Below are positions 1 through 9,277 of a stretch of DNA of 64,000 bases, piece after piece (within the stretch, counting starts at the first letter, position 1; each line of letters opens with the position of its first letter). The notes below the pieces were generated by a model that searched no databases, was not told where the DNA came from, and was given only the letters and a program-made list of their open reading frames with translations. The DNA is from Rhodothermales bacterium (GTDB taxonomy: Bacteria > Bacteroidota > Rhodothermia > Rhodothermales > JAHQVL01). The DNA is taken from NCBI GenBank assembly GCA_041391505.1, contig JAWKNW010000002.1, forward strand, positions 166,897 through 230,896, given 5' to 3'. Position numbers and translations under genes: made by a program.

Positions 1-1061
1 GAAGGCCCGGCTTCGTAGTAGTCGGCGCCCATCATGACGGTATTTTTCAGCGTGCTGCGTTCGCCGACGATCGAGCGAATCCCGAGGACGCTGTGGTAGA
101 TCCGCGCGTTCGTCACGTTCGACCCTTCACAGATGATCGCGTCGTGGATGAGCGACCCGATGATCTTCGCCGGCGGCAACGCCTCCGCGCGCGTCCGCAT
201 GTGCAGGCACGAGGCGTGGAAATCGAAGGACGGCTTTGGCTGCGTCATCGCGATGTTGGCCGCGTGGTAGGAGCGAATGCTCCCCACGTCGCTCCAGTAC
301 CCGTCGAACGGGTAGCTCACCACCTTCCACAGGTCGAGCGCCGACGGGATGATGTCCTTCCCGAAATCGTGACGCGACCGGTCCTCGAGCAGGAGTTTGC
401 GCAGGACATCCTTCTTGAACAGGTAGATGCCCGTCGACGCCAGGTAGTGCCGGCCCGCCTGCTCCATCGCCGCCGTCACCGGACTCCGCAGCCCCGCAAG
501 TTGCGCCGGCGCCGGCTTCTCGCGAAATACGGTGATCGTGTCGTCGCCGGAGATCTGCATGATGCCGAAGGACGTCGCGTCCTCGGCCGTCACCGGCGTG
601 GTCGCCACGGTGATGTCGGCGTCCCGCTCCACGTGATGCCGATAGAGCGTCTCGTAGTCCATGTCGTAGATCTGATCGCCCGACAGGACCAGCACGTAGT
701 CGCCGGCGTGATGATCGAGATGGTGCAGGACCTGGCGGACGGCGTCGGCCGTGCCCCTGAACCAGTCGGACGAGTGCGGCGTCTGTTCGGCGGCCAGAAT
801 CGAGACGAAGCGATCGTCGTAGGCATCGAAACGATACGTTTCTGAAAGATGCCGATGCAGGCTCGCCGAGTTGAATTGCGTCAGGACGAAGATGCGCTCT
901 ATGCCCGAGCGCAGGCAGTTCGTGATGGGGATGTCCACCAGCCGGTATTTGCCGAGGAGCGATATGGCGGGCTTCGCGTGGGTTGCCGTCAACGGGAAAA
1001 GCCGTTTTCCGGCCCCGCCTCCGAGCACGACTGCGAGTACGTTGTTCATCGAATGACGCAT
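1..1061 (-). CDS. glgC: glucose-1-phosphate adenylyltransferase (partial, C-terminus beyond window edge)
   Basis: My own minus-strand translation from the ATG at 1061 gives MRHSMNNVLAVVLGGGAGKRLFPLTATHAKPAISLLGKYRLVDIPITNCLRSGIERIFVLTQFNSASLHRHL. This is the GGGxGxRLxPLT...KPA nucleotidyltransferase signature. I spot-checked the frame and it stays open to position 3 (...NVTNARIYHSVLGIRSIVGERSTLKNTVMMGADYYEAGP). It is missing from the ORF track because it has no stop in the window. The listed ORFs 127..1125(-) and 93..845(+) are shadow frames. Confidence 0.8.
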   Translation of the reverse strand, partial: MRHSMNNVLAVVLGGGAGKRLFPLTATHAKPAISLLGKYRLVDIPITNCLRSGIERIFVLTQFNSASLHRHLSETYRFDAYDDRFVSILAAEQTPHSSDWFRGTADAVRQVLHHLDHHAGDYVLVLSGDQIYDMDYETLYRHHVERDADITVATTPVTAEDATSFGIMQISGDDTITVFREKPAPAQLAGLRSPVTAAMEQAGRHYLASTGIYLFKKDVLRKLLLEDRSRHDFGKDIIPSALDLWKVVSYPFDGYWSDVGSIRSYHAANIAMTQPKPSFDFHASCLHMRTRAEALPPAKIIGSLIHDAIICEGSNVTNARIYHSVLGIRSIVGERSTLKNTVMMGADYYEAGP

Positions 1062-1531
1062 GATAACTGGTAAGAAAGAAGCTTCGTTGCCATGCCGATT
1101 TGCCACACGCGCCGGCGCTCGACACGAGCCCGGGACGGGGGGAGCCTACCGGGTGCCGGATCGGACGGATGCGTTCAAGGGGCGGCGGACCGGACAGGTG
1201 CCTTTTTCCACCACGGCGCCGGCAATCCCGAGGATTTTTCCCGTCTGGCCGTCACCGTGCATAGAACACACGTCGATTCAACGGCCGTGCCATCGTGTGC
1301 CGTAATCACGGATCTGTCCGTGAACGAACTGTTATGATAACATAACCATCCGCTACGCGAAGGCTGCGAGGGACGCCGGCGTCGGGTTGTGCAGGTTCCT
1401 CTCGGCACGACGCGACGGACGCCCCTACAGGCGCTCCATATGGCTCGAAGCGTACCCTCTCAACATCGACACCACCTCTGCATTCTAAAGTCAATCAGAT
1501 GCTGAGTTTATGGGCAGGCGAGGACGGCCCT

Positions 1532-3856
1532 TTAATGCAGCAGCAGTTCGCGCAGGGCGTCCGGACTTTCGCCTTCCATCCACTGCGGGAGGAAGGACGG
1601 GCGGTCGACGTGTCCGATGATGTGGGCGAGGATGCGCAGGTGCTGCCCGGGGCGTTCGAGGGGCGTGACCAGCAGGAGCGCCGCGAAGATGGGATCGGTG
1701 CTGCCTTCGGGGATTTCGGTGAACTCGGGGTCGGCGTGCATCTCGTCGTAGCGGATGCGCACGCCGCCGCTGCATCGTACGAGCATCAGTTCGGGGCGAT
1801 CGAGGCCGGCCAGGCGGCAGTGCGGCAGGACCACGCCGCGCGTCAGGGGCGTCGCGCCAAAGCGCGTGCCCTCCTGGAGGCCGCGCAGGATGTCTTCCTC
1901 GGCCGTGCCGAGACGGCCCGCGAGCCGGCTGGCGCCTTCCTCGAGGACGCGCGAGAAGGATTCGACCTTGATCATCTCGACAAAGCCGGCCGAGCGCACC
2001 ATCTCCTCATAGATGCGCTCGTCGCGCACGTCCTCCTCCTTGCGCTGCGGGGGCAGGAACGCCACGAAAACATCCCCCACCTCGGCCGTCGGCGTTTCGC
2101 CCACGACGAAGACGTCCAGACGTCCCTGCGGCTTGAGCAGGAGCAGGGGGATGACGTCGTCCTCGTACTCTTCCATCAGGGTATCGAAGTCGTCCGGCGT
2201 GTCGATGGCGAAGGCATGCAGCTCGCCGCCCTGCATGAGGCGCTGGCCCAGCGTGACGTGATCGGCCTTTTCGGAAAACAGCGGCCGGCCGCGCAGATGC
2301 AGCGGCAACATCCCGTGCCGGGTATCCCGGTCCTGCGTGCGGGAGACGAGCTGGTAGACTTCCGCGCTCTCGAACACCTCGGAAAAATGCAGCGTGGCCA
2401 GCGAGTTCACCTCGTCGTTGGGCGTCATCGCCAGCAACTTGCCGATCCCGCCCAGGTCCAGCTCGTCGAACGCCGTGTCCGACAAAGCGTCGGTGCACTG
2501 GGCGCGCACGCCCTGCTGACGCGCCTGCTCGATGTTTTTGGCATTGGCGTCGATGACGAGCACGTTGCGGCTGTGCTCCTGCACGATCTTCGCCAGCCGG
2601 ATGCTCCACGCGTTCGCGCCGAGGATGAGCAGCCCCTGCGGCGCCGGCTGCGCCAGCCCCAGGCGCCGCGCCAGCGGGCTGAGCGTCAACCCGTACACCG
2701 TCACCGTACCCACGATGACGAGGAAAACGATGGGCACCAGCGCATCGATCACGCCGGGGTAGATGGGCTCCAGACGGAACGCAAACAACGAAGCCACCGC
2801 CGCCGCGACGATCCCCCGCGGCGCCAGCCACGACAGGAACAGCTTCTCGCGCCATCCGAATCGGGACTGCACCAGCGAGGTAAAAACGGCTATCGGACGC
2901 ACGACGAGGATCAGGAAGGCCAGAAACAGCACCGCCCGCCAGCCGATGTAATCCAGCGCACTGATCTCCAGCCGGGCGCTGAGCAGGATGAACAGGGTCG
3001 CGATCAGCAGCACCTGGAGATCCTCCTTGAATTCGGTGATCCGCCTCACCGACACATAGGGCTGGTTGGCCAGCATGATCCCCATGAGCGTCGAGGTCAG
3101 CAGGCCCGATTCTTCCTGGAGGATGTTGGATAACTCGAAGGTGGCCAGGACGAGCATCAACGCGAAGGGGTTGAGCAGATAGTCCGGCACCAGCCGCCGG
3201 CGCAGGATGAGCAGCATCAGCGCCGCGCCGGTGATGCTCACGCCCAGGCTCACAAAAAACACGTTGAAGAGGCCGGCCAGGGCTTCCCAGACCGCCTCGC
3301 TGACGTGTTCGGCCTCGGCGCCGTTGAGCAGCACGATCGCCTCGAGAACGAGCACCGCCAGGATGGCGCCGGCGGGGTCGACGGTGATGCCCTCCCAGCG
3401 CGCAATGATGCCCACGCGACCGCTCGGCCGCACATGGCGCAGGAGCGGAATGACCACGGTAGGACCGGTCACGGTCAGGATGGCGCCGATCTGGATCGCC
3501 ATCCCGATGTTGAAACCGGCGATGTAATGCGCCCCGAGACTCGCCAGCACCCACGTCACCAGCACCCCGACCGTGATCAGGCTCACGACGGCCGCCCCGA
3601 CTTCCCGCAGGTCGCTCACCTTGAGGCTCAGCCCGCCCTCGAACAGAATCACCCCGATGGCGAGCGAAACGAACGCAAACACCCACTCGCCCTGCAGCGA
3701 GGCCGGCGACAGAAAACCCGTGACGGGGCCGGCCAGAAACCCCAGCAACAGCAGCAGCAGGATCGATGGCACCCGGACACGCCATGCAAGCCATTGCGCC
3801 CCGATACCGAGCACGAAGATGCTTACAATACCGAGAAGAATTTGCTCTACGGACAC
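1532..3856 (-). CDS. CPA1-type Na+(K+)/H+ antiporter fused to TrkA-N (RCK) and PTS-EIIA(type 2)-like domains
   Basis: 774-aa ORF. The N-terminal ~400 aa are polytopic and Na_H_exchanger-like (GPTVVIPLLRHV, ARWEGITVDPAGAIL). The middle has a Rossmann LILGANAWSIRLAKIV...VLVIDANAKNIEQA segment (TrkA-N-like). The C-terminus has ...GVVLPHCRLAGLDRPELMLVR..., typical of EIIA-2. Confidence 0.75.
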   Translation of the reverse strand: MSVEQILLGIVSIFVLGIGAQWLAWRVRVPSILLLLLLGFLAGPVTGFLSPASLQGEWVFAFVSLAIGVILFEGGLSLKVSDLREVGAAVVSLITVGVLVTWVLASLGAHYIAGFNIGMAIQIGAILTVTGPTVVIPLLRHVRPSGRVGIIARWEGITVDPAGAILAVLVLEAIVLLNGAEAEHVSEAVWEALAGLFNVFFVSLGVSITGAALMLLILRRRLVPDYLLNPFALMLVLATFELSNILQEESGLLTSTLMGIMLANQPYVSVRRITEFKEDLQVLLIATLFILLSARLEISALDYIGWRAVLFLAFLILVVRPIAVFTSLVQSRFGWREKLFLSWLAPRGIVAAAVASLFAFRLEPIYPGVIDALVPIVFLVIVGTVTVYGLTLSPLARRLGLAQPAPQGLLILGANAWSIRLAKIVQEHSRNVLVIDANAKNIEQARQQGVRAQCTDALSDTAFDELDLGGIGKLLAMTPNDEVNSLATLHFSEVFESAEVYQLVSRTQDRDTRHGMLPLHLRGRPLFSEKADHVTLGQRLMQGGELHAFAIDTPDDFDTLMEEYEDDVIPLLLLKPQGRLDVFVVGETPTAEVGDVFVAFLPPQRKEEDVRDERIYEEMVRSAGFVEMIKVESFSRVLEEGASRLAGRLGTAEEDILRGLQEGTRFGATPLTRGVVLPHCRLAGLDRPELMLVRCSGGVRIRYDEMHADPEFTEIPEGSTDPIFAALLLVTPLERPGQHLRILAHIIGHVDRPSFLPQWMEGESPDALRELLLH

Positions 3857-3997
3857 GACGAAGGGGGTCTACAGACGAAGAAGGACCGAACGAACCCGCC
3901 CGGGCCGTTCGGGCTCCATAATACGCAAAAGAGACCACGTTGCCGTGTTAATCCTTCGTGCAGGCGCGCGCCGATCCGGAGGTGCTCCGGCGCCGTT

Positions 3998-4993
3998 TCA
4001 GGCCGCCACGGCACGCTTCTCAAAGCCATGCGGATGCGCCCTGTGCCAGGCCCACGCGCTTTCCAGGATCTGCCGGAGTTCGGGGTACGCCGGCTTCCAC
4101 CCGAGCTCGCGCCGCACCCGGTCGCTGCCGGCGATCAGTGTCGCCGGATCGCCCGGACGCCGCGGCCCGATCTGGACGGGTATCGGATGGCCGGTCACCT
4201 CTCGTGCGGCCTCCACGACCTCCAGGATGCTGAATCCGTTGCCGTTGCCGAGGTTATAGGTGCGGCTACCGGCGTCCAGTGCACGAAGCGCCAGGATATG
4301 CGCCTGCGAGAGGTCCTTGATATGGACATAGTCGCGCACGCACGTCCCGTCGGGCGTGTCGTAGTCGTTCCCGTAGATCACCACATGATCCCGCTGCCCC
4401 AGCGCCACCTGCAGCACGATCGGGATGATGTGGGTTTCGGGGGTATGATCCTCGCCGTGATCGGCCGAGACCGCCCCGCACGCATTGAAGTAGCGCAGCG
4501 CGGCGTACCGCATGCCATAGACGCGGTCCATCCAGTGCAGCATCCGCTCCAGGATGTACTTCGACTCGCCGTACGGGCTGCCCGGCACGATCGGGGCCTC
4601 GGGCTCGATCGGCATCACCTCGGCGGCGCCGAACAGATTGGCCGTCGATGAGAGGATGAACTTGCGGACCCCGTGCGCGATGGCGCTCTCCAGAAGGTTC
4701 AACCCGTTCCGGATGTTGTCACCCAGATAGAGAAACGGCTTTTCCATCGACTCGCCCACCAGCGTGTGCGAGGCGAAATGCATGATGGCGTCGGGGCGAT
4801 GCGCCGCCATCGTGTCGTCCACCAGGGCGCGGTCGGCGAGGTCGCCCTCGACGAACACGGCGTCCGGATGGACGGCGGCGCGGTGGCCCTGGTACAGGTT
4901 GTCCAGCACGACGACGGCATCGCCGGCTTCGATGAGATCGCGAACCGCCGTGCTGCCGATATACCCGGCTCCGCCGGTGACGAGTATCTTCAT
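3998..4993 (-). CDS. galE: UDP-glucose 4-epimerase
   Basis: The internal ATG at 4993 gives [20 protein letters not shown]..., followed by [12 protein letters not shown] (YxxxK) and RYFNACGA. The protein is 331 aa. The upstream 132 codons of the listed ORF are Arg/Ser-rich junk. Confidence 0.9.
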   Translation of the reverse strand: MKILVTGGAGYIGSTAVRDLIEAGDAVVVLDNLYQGHRAAVHPDAVFVEGDLADRALVDDTMAAHRPDAIMHFASHTLVGESMEKPFLYLGDNIRNGLNLLESAIAHGVRKFILSSTANLFGAAEVMPIEPEAPIVPGSPYGESKYILERMLHWMDRVYGMRYAALRYFNACGAVSADHGEDHTPETHIIPIVLQVALGQRDHVVIYGNDYDTPDGTCVRDYVHIKDLSQAHILALRALDAGSRTYNLGNGNGFSILEVVEAAREVTGHPIPVQIGPRRPGDPATLIAGSDRVRRELGWKPAYPELRQILESAWAWHRAHPHGFEKRAVAA

Positions 4994-5189
4994 GAGATGC
5001 CCTCTGGGATATGTTTCCGTGATGTGCGCCGGAACGATGGCCGGCAGGCGTCCACGCGGCCGGCGGGGAAAGAGGGGAAGTGCTGCCCGGATCTTCGATT
5101 CCGGAAAACGAACGCGCCCCGCCGCGAGCGGACGACTGGCAGTCGTCACATCGCGGCGGGGCGACGAAAGTTGCGGTGACGCGGACGCG

Positions 5190-6347
5190 TCAGCGCGTCG
5201 AGAACGTGAACGTGGTCGTGGTCCGGTACACCTGGCCCGGATCGAGCCGCGTCGAGGGGAAATCCGGCTTGTTCGGCGAGTCCGGAAAATGCTGCGTTTC
5301 GAGGCACAGCCCGTGGCGGAAGTCGTACGGCGTGCCGTCCGGAGCCTTGTACGCGCCGTCGAGGAAGTTGCCGGTGTAGAACTGCACACCGGGTTCGGTC
5401 GTGCGGACCGTCAGCACGCGGCCCGTGGACGGGGCATAGACTTCGGCGGCCAGCTGGAGCCCGTCGCCGTTCCGGTTGAGCACGAAGTTGTGGTCGTAGC
5501 CGCGGCCATAGGCGATCTGCTGGTTGTCCGCATCGATGCGCTCGCCGATCCGGTGCGCGGTGGTAAAATCGAACGGCGTGCCGGCCACGGGCGCGAGTTC
5601 GCCCGTCGGGATGAGGTTCTCATCCACCGGCGTGTACCGGTCGGCATTGATACGGATTTCGTGGTCGAGGATCGGCGTCTTCCCGCCGTCCTTCAGGTTG
5701 AAATAGGTGTGGTTCGTGAGGTTGACGACGGTCGGCTTGTCGGTCCGCGCCTCGTAGTCGAGCCGCAGCGTGTTGTCGTCGGTCAGCGTGTAGGTCACCT
5801 TCGCATCCAGCGTCCCCGGATACCCTTCCTCGCCGTCGGCGCTCCGGTACGAGAACTCGATCGCGACGCCGTCTTCCACGTTGATCGGCGTGGCGTCCCA
5901 CAGCTGCTTGTCGAATCCCTTGAGCCCGCCATGCAGGCTGTTCGGGCCGTTGTTGATGGGCAGGTTGTAGGTAGTCCCGTCCAGCGTGAACGAGCCTTTC
6001 CCGATGCGGTTGGCATACCGGCCGGCCACGGCGCCGAAGAACGGGCTACCGCCCAGATAGGCGTCGAGGTTGTCGTAACCGAGCGTCACCTCCCCCATCG
6101 CCCCCTTGCGGTCGGGCACCTTGATCGAGGTGATGATGGCGCCGTACGCCGTCAGCTGCACCTCCATCCCCCGGGTATTGACCAGCGTGTAGAGGCCGAC
6201 GTTGCGGCCGTCGGGCATGGTGCCGTAGGACGTGCTGATGATTTTGGGCAGATCGGTCGAAGACATATCGTCAGAGGATTGACAACTTGCTACGAGAAGG
6301 CTGCCGGCCAGGAGGACGGCGTACGAAGTGATGGCGCGACGTTTCAT
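5190..6347 (-). CDS. galM: aldose 1-epimerase (galactose mutarotase family) with lipoprotein signal peptide
   Basis: From the ATG at 6347: [25 protein letters not shown] (lipobox). Mutarotase motifs follow: [70 protein letters not shown]. Confidence 0.8.
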   Translation of the reverse strand: MKRRAITSYAVLLAGSLLVASCQSSDDMSSTDLPKIISTSYGTMPDGRNVGLYTLVNTRGMEVQLTAYGAIITSIKVPDRKGAMGEVTLGYDNLDAYLGGSPFFGAVAGRYANRIGKGSFTLDGTTYNLPINNGPNSLHGGLKGFDKQLWDATPINVEDGVAIEFSYRSADGEEGYPGTLDAKVTYTLTDDNTLRLDYEARTDKPTVVNLTNHTYFNLKDGGKTPILDHEIRINADRYTPVDENLIPTGELAPVAGTPFDFTTAHRIGERIDADNQQIAYGRGYDHNFVLNRNGDGLQLAAEVYAPSTGRVLTVRTTEPGVQFYTGNFLDGAYKAPDGTPYDFRHGLCLETQHFPDSPNKPDFPSTRLDPGQVYRTTTTFTFSTR

Positions 6348-6414
6348 CGAGGTTGGATGCAGGTGGTCGGGTGAGGACGACGGCATGTTACGATACCCCG
6401 AGCAATTCTGCCAA

Positions 6415-6987
6415 TCACACGAGCAGGACGAGCAGGCTCCGCGGCCCGTGCGCTCCAAGAACGAGGGATTGTTCGATATCGGCCGTCTTCGACGGGCCGG
6501 CGATGAAGGCGCCGAAGCCGTCCTCGTCGATCCGGACGGCGGCATAGGCCGCGTGCATGTCGGCGACCAGCGCGCCGGCGTCCAGCACGATGACCAGATG
6601 CTGCGCGAGGAAGGGCGCGGCCCGGTGCACCATCCGCCGCTCGGGCATCCAGACGGCGCCGTTTTCCACGACGCCCAGCACGCCTTCGAGGACGAGCACG
6701 TCGACCGGGGCCAGATCGTGCGGGTCGGCTATCGCATCGAGCGAAAGCGTGCCGGCGATCTCGGGCACTGCGGAAGCCACGACCTTCGCGTCCGGGTAGA
6801 CCCGCCGCACGGCGTCGGCGATGCCGGCGCGCGCGACCTGCTCGGCGCGGCCGCCGATGGCGGCAACGGTCTCCATGAAGGCCGAGACGTCCGTGCTCGA
6901 CGAAAACGGCGCGACAGAACCGGGCAGCGGCGTCGCCGCCGGCTTGTGGGCGCGCACGGCGCTGAGGATGGCATCGCGGCTGTTCAT
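6415..6987 (-). CDS. lutC: lactate utilization protein C (LUD/YkgG family)
   Basis: 190 aa from the ATG at 6987 (MNSRDAILSAVRAHKP...). The start overlaps the lutB stop by 4 nt (ATGA). It is the last gene of a lutA-lutB-lutC order. Confidence 0.7.
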   Translation of the reverse strand: MNSRDAILSAVRAHKPAATPLPGSVAPFSSSTDVSAFMETVAAIGGRAEQVARAGIADAVRRVYPDAKVVASAVPEIAGTLSLDAIADPHDLAPVDVLVLEGVLGVVENGAVWMPERRMVHRAAPFLAQHLVIVLDAGALVADMHAAYAAVRIDEDGFGAFIAGPSKTADIEQSLVLGAHGPRSLLVLLV

Positions 6988-8345
6988 GTCGCTCTCCTGT
7001 TCTTGCGGTACCACTGCTGAAAACTCGTCGTCGCCGGCCCGGGCCACTCCCGATCCCGCCCCCAGGGCAGACGGCGGGTGATCCAGCCGGGCGCGACCCG
7101 CAGCAGGCGCCGCCCGATCGCGCCGGCCCACGAGAGCCGGCCGGCGCTGCGCAGCACCCATCCACCCATCTTCATCCCCATCGTTTTCCCCGCCGGCAGA
7201 TGGCCGGCCTGCACGACGAGCTGCCGCCAGCGATACAGCTGTTCGTGGATATCGATCTTGACCGGGCAGACGTCGCTGCACGACCCGCACAGCGTCGATG
7301 CAAACGGCAGGTCGGCGTGTTTCTGCAGATCCTTGCCGGGCGAAAGGATCGCGCCGATGGGTCCCGGGATCGTGGCCTGGTAGCTGTAGCCCCCGCTCCG
7401 GCGGTAAATGGGGCAGGTGTTCAGGCAGGCGCCGCAGCGGATGCATTTAAGGGACCGCCAGAAATCGGGCCGGCTCAGCTGCTCGGTGCGGCCGTTGTCC
7501 ACCAGCACCACGTGCAGCTCGGTCCCCGGCCTCGGGCGGGAGAAGTGCGACGTGTACACTGTCATGTGCTGCCCCGTGGCGCTGCGCGCCAGGAGCCGGG
7601 TAAACACGCCGAGGTCCTCGGCCCGGGGGATCAGCTTCTCGATGCCCATGCACGCGATGTGCACGCGCGCCAGGTGCACGCCCAGATCCGCGTTGCCCTC
7701 GTTGGTGCATACGACGAACCCGCCCGTCTCCGCCACCGCGAAGTTGACGCCGGTGATGGCCGCCTCCGCCCCCAGAAACCGGCTGCGGAGATGCTGGCGG
7801 GCGACTTCCGTGAGGTATTTCGGATCGGTCGCGCCGGCCTCCGAACCCAGCCTTTCGTGAAACAGCACGCCGATGTCTTCCTTCTTGAGGTGGATCGCCG
7901 GCATGACGATGTGGCTCGGGGGCTCCTCGAGCAGCTGCACGATGCGTTCGCCCAGATCGGTATCCACCACCTCCAGGCCGGCGGCTTCGAGATACGGATT
8001 CAGGTGGCACTCCTCGGTGAGCATCGACTTGCTCTTGACCAGGCGCTGCACGCCGTGCCGCTGGAGAATGTCGAGCACGATCCGGTTGTGCTCCGCCGCG
8101 TCGCGCGCCCAGTGCACCTGGATGCCGTTCGCCACCGCCCGGGCCTCGAATCGTTCGAGATAGGTGTCCAGGTTCGTCAGTGTGTGCTCCTTGATCTCCG
8201 AAGCGCGTTCGCGGAGCGCTTCCCACTCGGGCACGCTCTGGCTCGCCCGGTCCCGCTTCGCGCGAACGAACCAGATCGACTCGTCGTGCCAGTCGGTGCG
8301 GGCCTCATCGGCGATAAATCGGGCGGCGGCTTCGGAATGGGACAC
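6984..8345 (-). CDS. lutB: lactate utilization protein B (4Fe-4S, YkgF family)
   Basis: 453 aa. It carries CIRCGACLNTCPIY and CGSCSDVCPVKI ferredoxin-type clusters and an N-terminal LUD-like region (LVKSKSMLTEECHLNPYLE). Confidence 0.85.
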   Translation of the reverse strand: MSHSEAAARFIADEARTDWHDESIWFVRAKRDRASQSVPEWEALRERASEIKEHTLTNLDTYLERFEARAVANGIQVHWARDAAEHNRIVLDILQRHGVQRLVKSKSMLTEECHLNPYLEAAGLEVVDTDLGERIVQLLEEPPSHIVMPAIHLKKEDIGVLFHERLGSEAGATDPKYLTEVARQHLRSRFLGAEAAITGVNFAVAETGGFVVCTNEGNADLGVHLARVHIACMGIEKLIPRAEDLGVFTRLLARSATGQHMTVYTSHFSRPRPGTELHVVLVDNGRTEQLSRPDFWRSLKCIRCGACLNTCPIYRRSGGYSYQATIPGPIGAILSPGKDLQKHADLPFASTLCGSCSDVCPVKIDIHEQLYRWRQLVVQAGHLPAGKTMGMKMGGWVLRSAGRLSWAGAIGRRLLRVAPGWITRRLPWGRDREWPGPATTSFQQWYRKNRRAT

Positions 8346-8429
8346 AGGGATGGCTCAGGGCAAAATGAAACATGCAAAATGAATGCAAGGGCATCGATTA
8401 GCACAAATCGATGGAGGCAAGCCTCCCAA

Positions 8430-9197
8430 TTACGGACCTGGAACCTGCACCCTGGAACCTGCAACCTGCCCCGCAAGAATCTCCGCGACATGCAGGAAGC
8501 GGACCGGGCGACGCTCGCGCCGGCCGAGACCCTGCAGGTGCATCAGGCACGACATGTCGGTCCCTGTGATCACTTCCACGCCGTGACGCGCGTGATCGTT
8601 GAGCCGGTCGCGCCCCATCTTGACAGAGAGGGCTTCCTCGTTGACCGCAAAGGTGCCGCCGAACCCGCAGCATTCGTCGGATCGGTCGAGATCGACCAGT
8701 TCGATGCCCTCCACCATCTCGAGGAGCTGCCGCGGCTTGCTGTAGGCCGGCTCGTTCCGTTCCGAGCTTTTGCCCAGCCGCAGCCCGCGCAGCCCGTGAC
8801 AGCTTTCATGGATGCCCACCCGGTGCGGAAAGCGCGCATCGAGCCGGTCCACCCGGAGCACATCCACCAGAAACTGGCACAGCTCGTAGGTCCGGTCGTG
8901 CAGACGCTGCACCATCGCCGCGTCGCCCAGGCCGCCAAAATGCTCCTTGACATGCAGGACGCAGCTGCCCGACGGCGAAACGATATAATCGAACCGCCCG
9001 AACGTGTCCGCGAACCCCTCCATGATGGGGAGGCTCTGCGCCTCGAAGCCGGCATTCGCCAGCGGCTGTCCGCAGCACGTCTGGTTCTCCGGCACGGCGA
9101 CCGTGCACCCGAGCCGCTCCAGCAATCCCAGCGTCGCGATCGCGACGCCCGGATAAAACTGGTCGATGTAGCAGGGCACGAAGAGGGCTACGTTCAT
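8430..9197 (-). CDS. lutA: lactate utilization protein A ((Fe-S) oxidoreductase, CCG domain, YkgE family)
   Basis: MNVALFVPCYIDQFYPGVAIATLGLLERLGCTVAVPENQTCCGQPLANAG..., with a second CCG-type half (HESCHGLR...DECCGFGGTF). I prefer the ATG at 9197 over the TTG at 9218. Confidence 0.85.
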   Translation of the reverse strand: MNVALFVPCYIDQFYPGVAIATLGLLERLGCTVAVPENQTCCGQPLANAGFEAQSLPIMEGFADTFGRFDYIVSPSGSCVLHVKEHFGGLGDAAMVQRLHDRTYELCQFLVDVLRVDRLDARFPHRVGIHESCHGLRGLRLGKSSERNEPAYSKPRQLLEMVEGIELVDLDRSDECCGFGGTFAVNEEALSVKMGRDRLNDHARHGVEVITGTDMSCLMHLQGLGRRERRPVRFLHVAEILAGQVAGSRVQVPGP

Positions 9198-9216
9198 GGT
9201 TTCATGTTTAAGGCTC

Positions 9217-9251
9217 AAGGTTCAAGGATCTGACGTCTCCTTGAACCTTGA
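9217..9251 (-). promoter_or_regulatory. 13-bp-stem hairpin between the aldolase/SDR stop and the lutA start (no U-tract)
   Basis: caaggttcaagga (9217-9229), tctgacgtc, tccttgaaccttg (9239-9251). It lies 27 nt after the stop at 9278 and 20 nt before the ATG at 9197. Confidence 0.4.
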
Positions 9252-9277
9252 ACATAGAACCTTAAACCGTTCCGGCG

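Noticed and set aside
1499-3133. 544-aa plus-strand ORF (and other long ORFs such as 7200-9233, 9611-11464, 11568-13295, 12961-14520, 14442-15869, 24048-26756, 29316-31115, 35206-37290)
   Set aside because: All lie antisense to, or out of frame with, genes that have clear family signatures on the other strand. Their products are Arg/Gly/Ala/Pro-rich low-complexity sequences, typical of shadow ORFs in 65-70% GC DNA.
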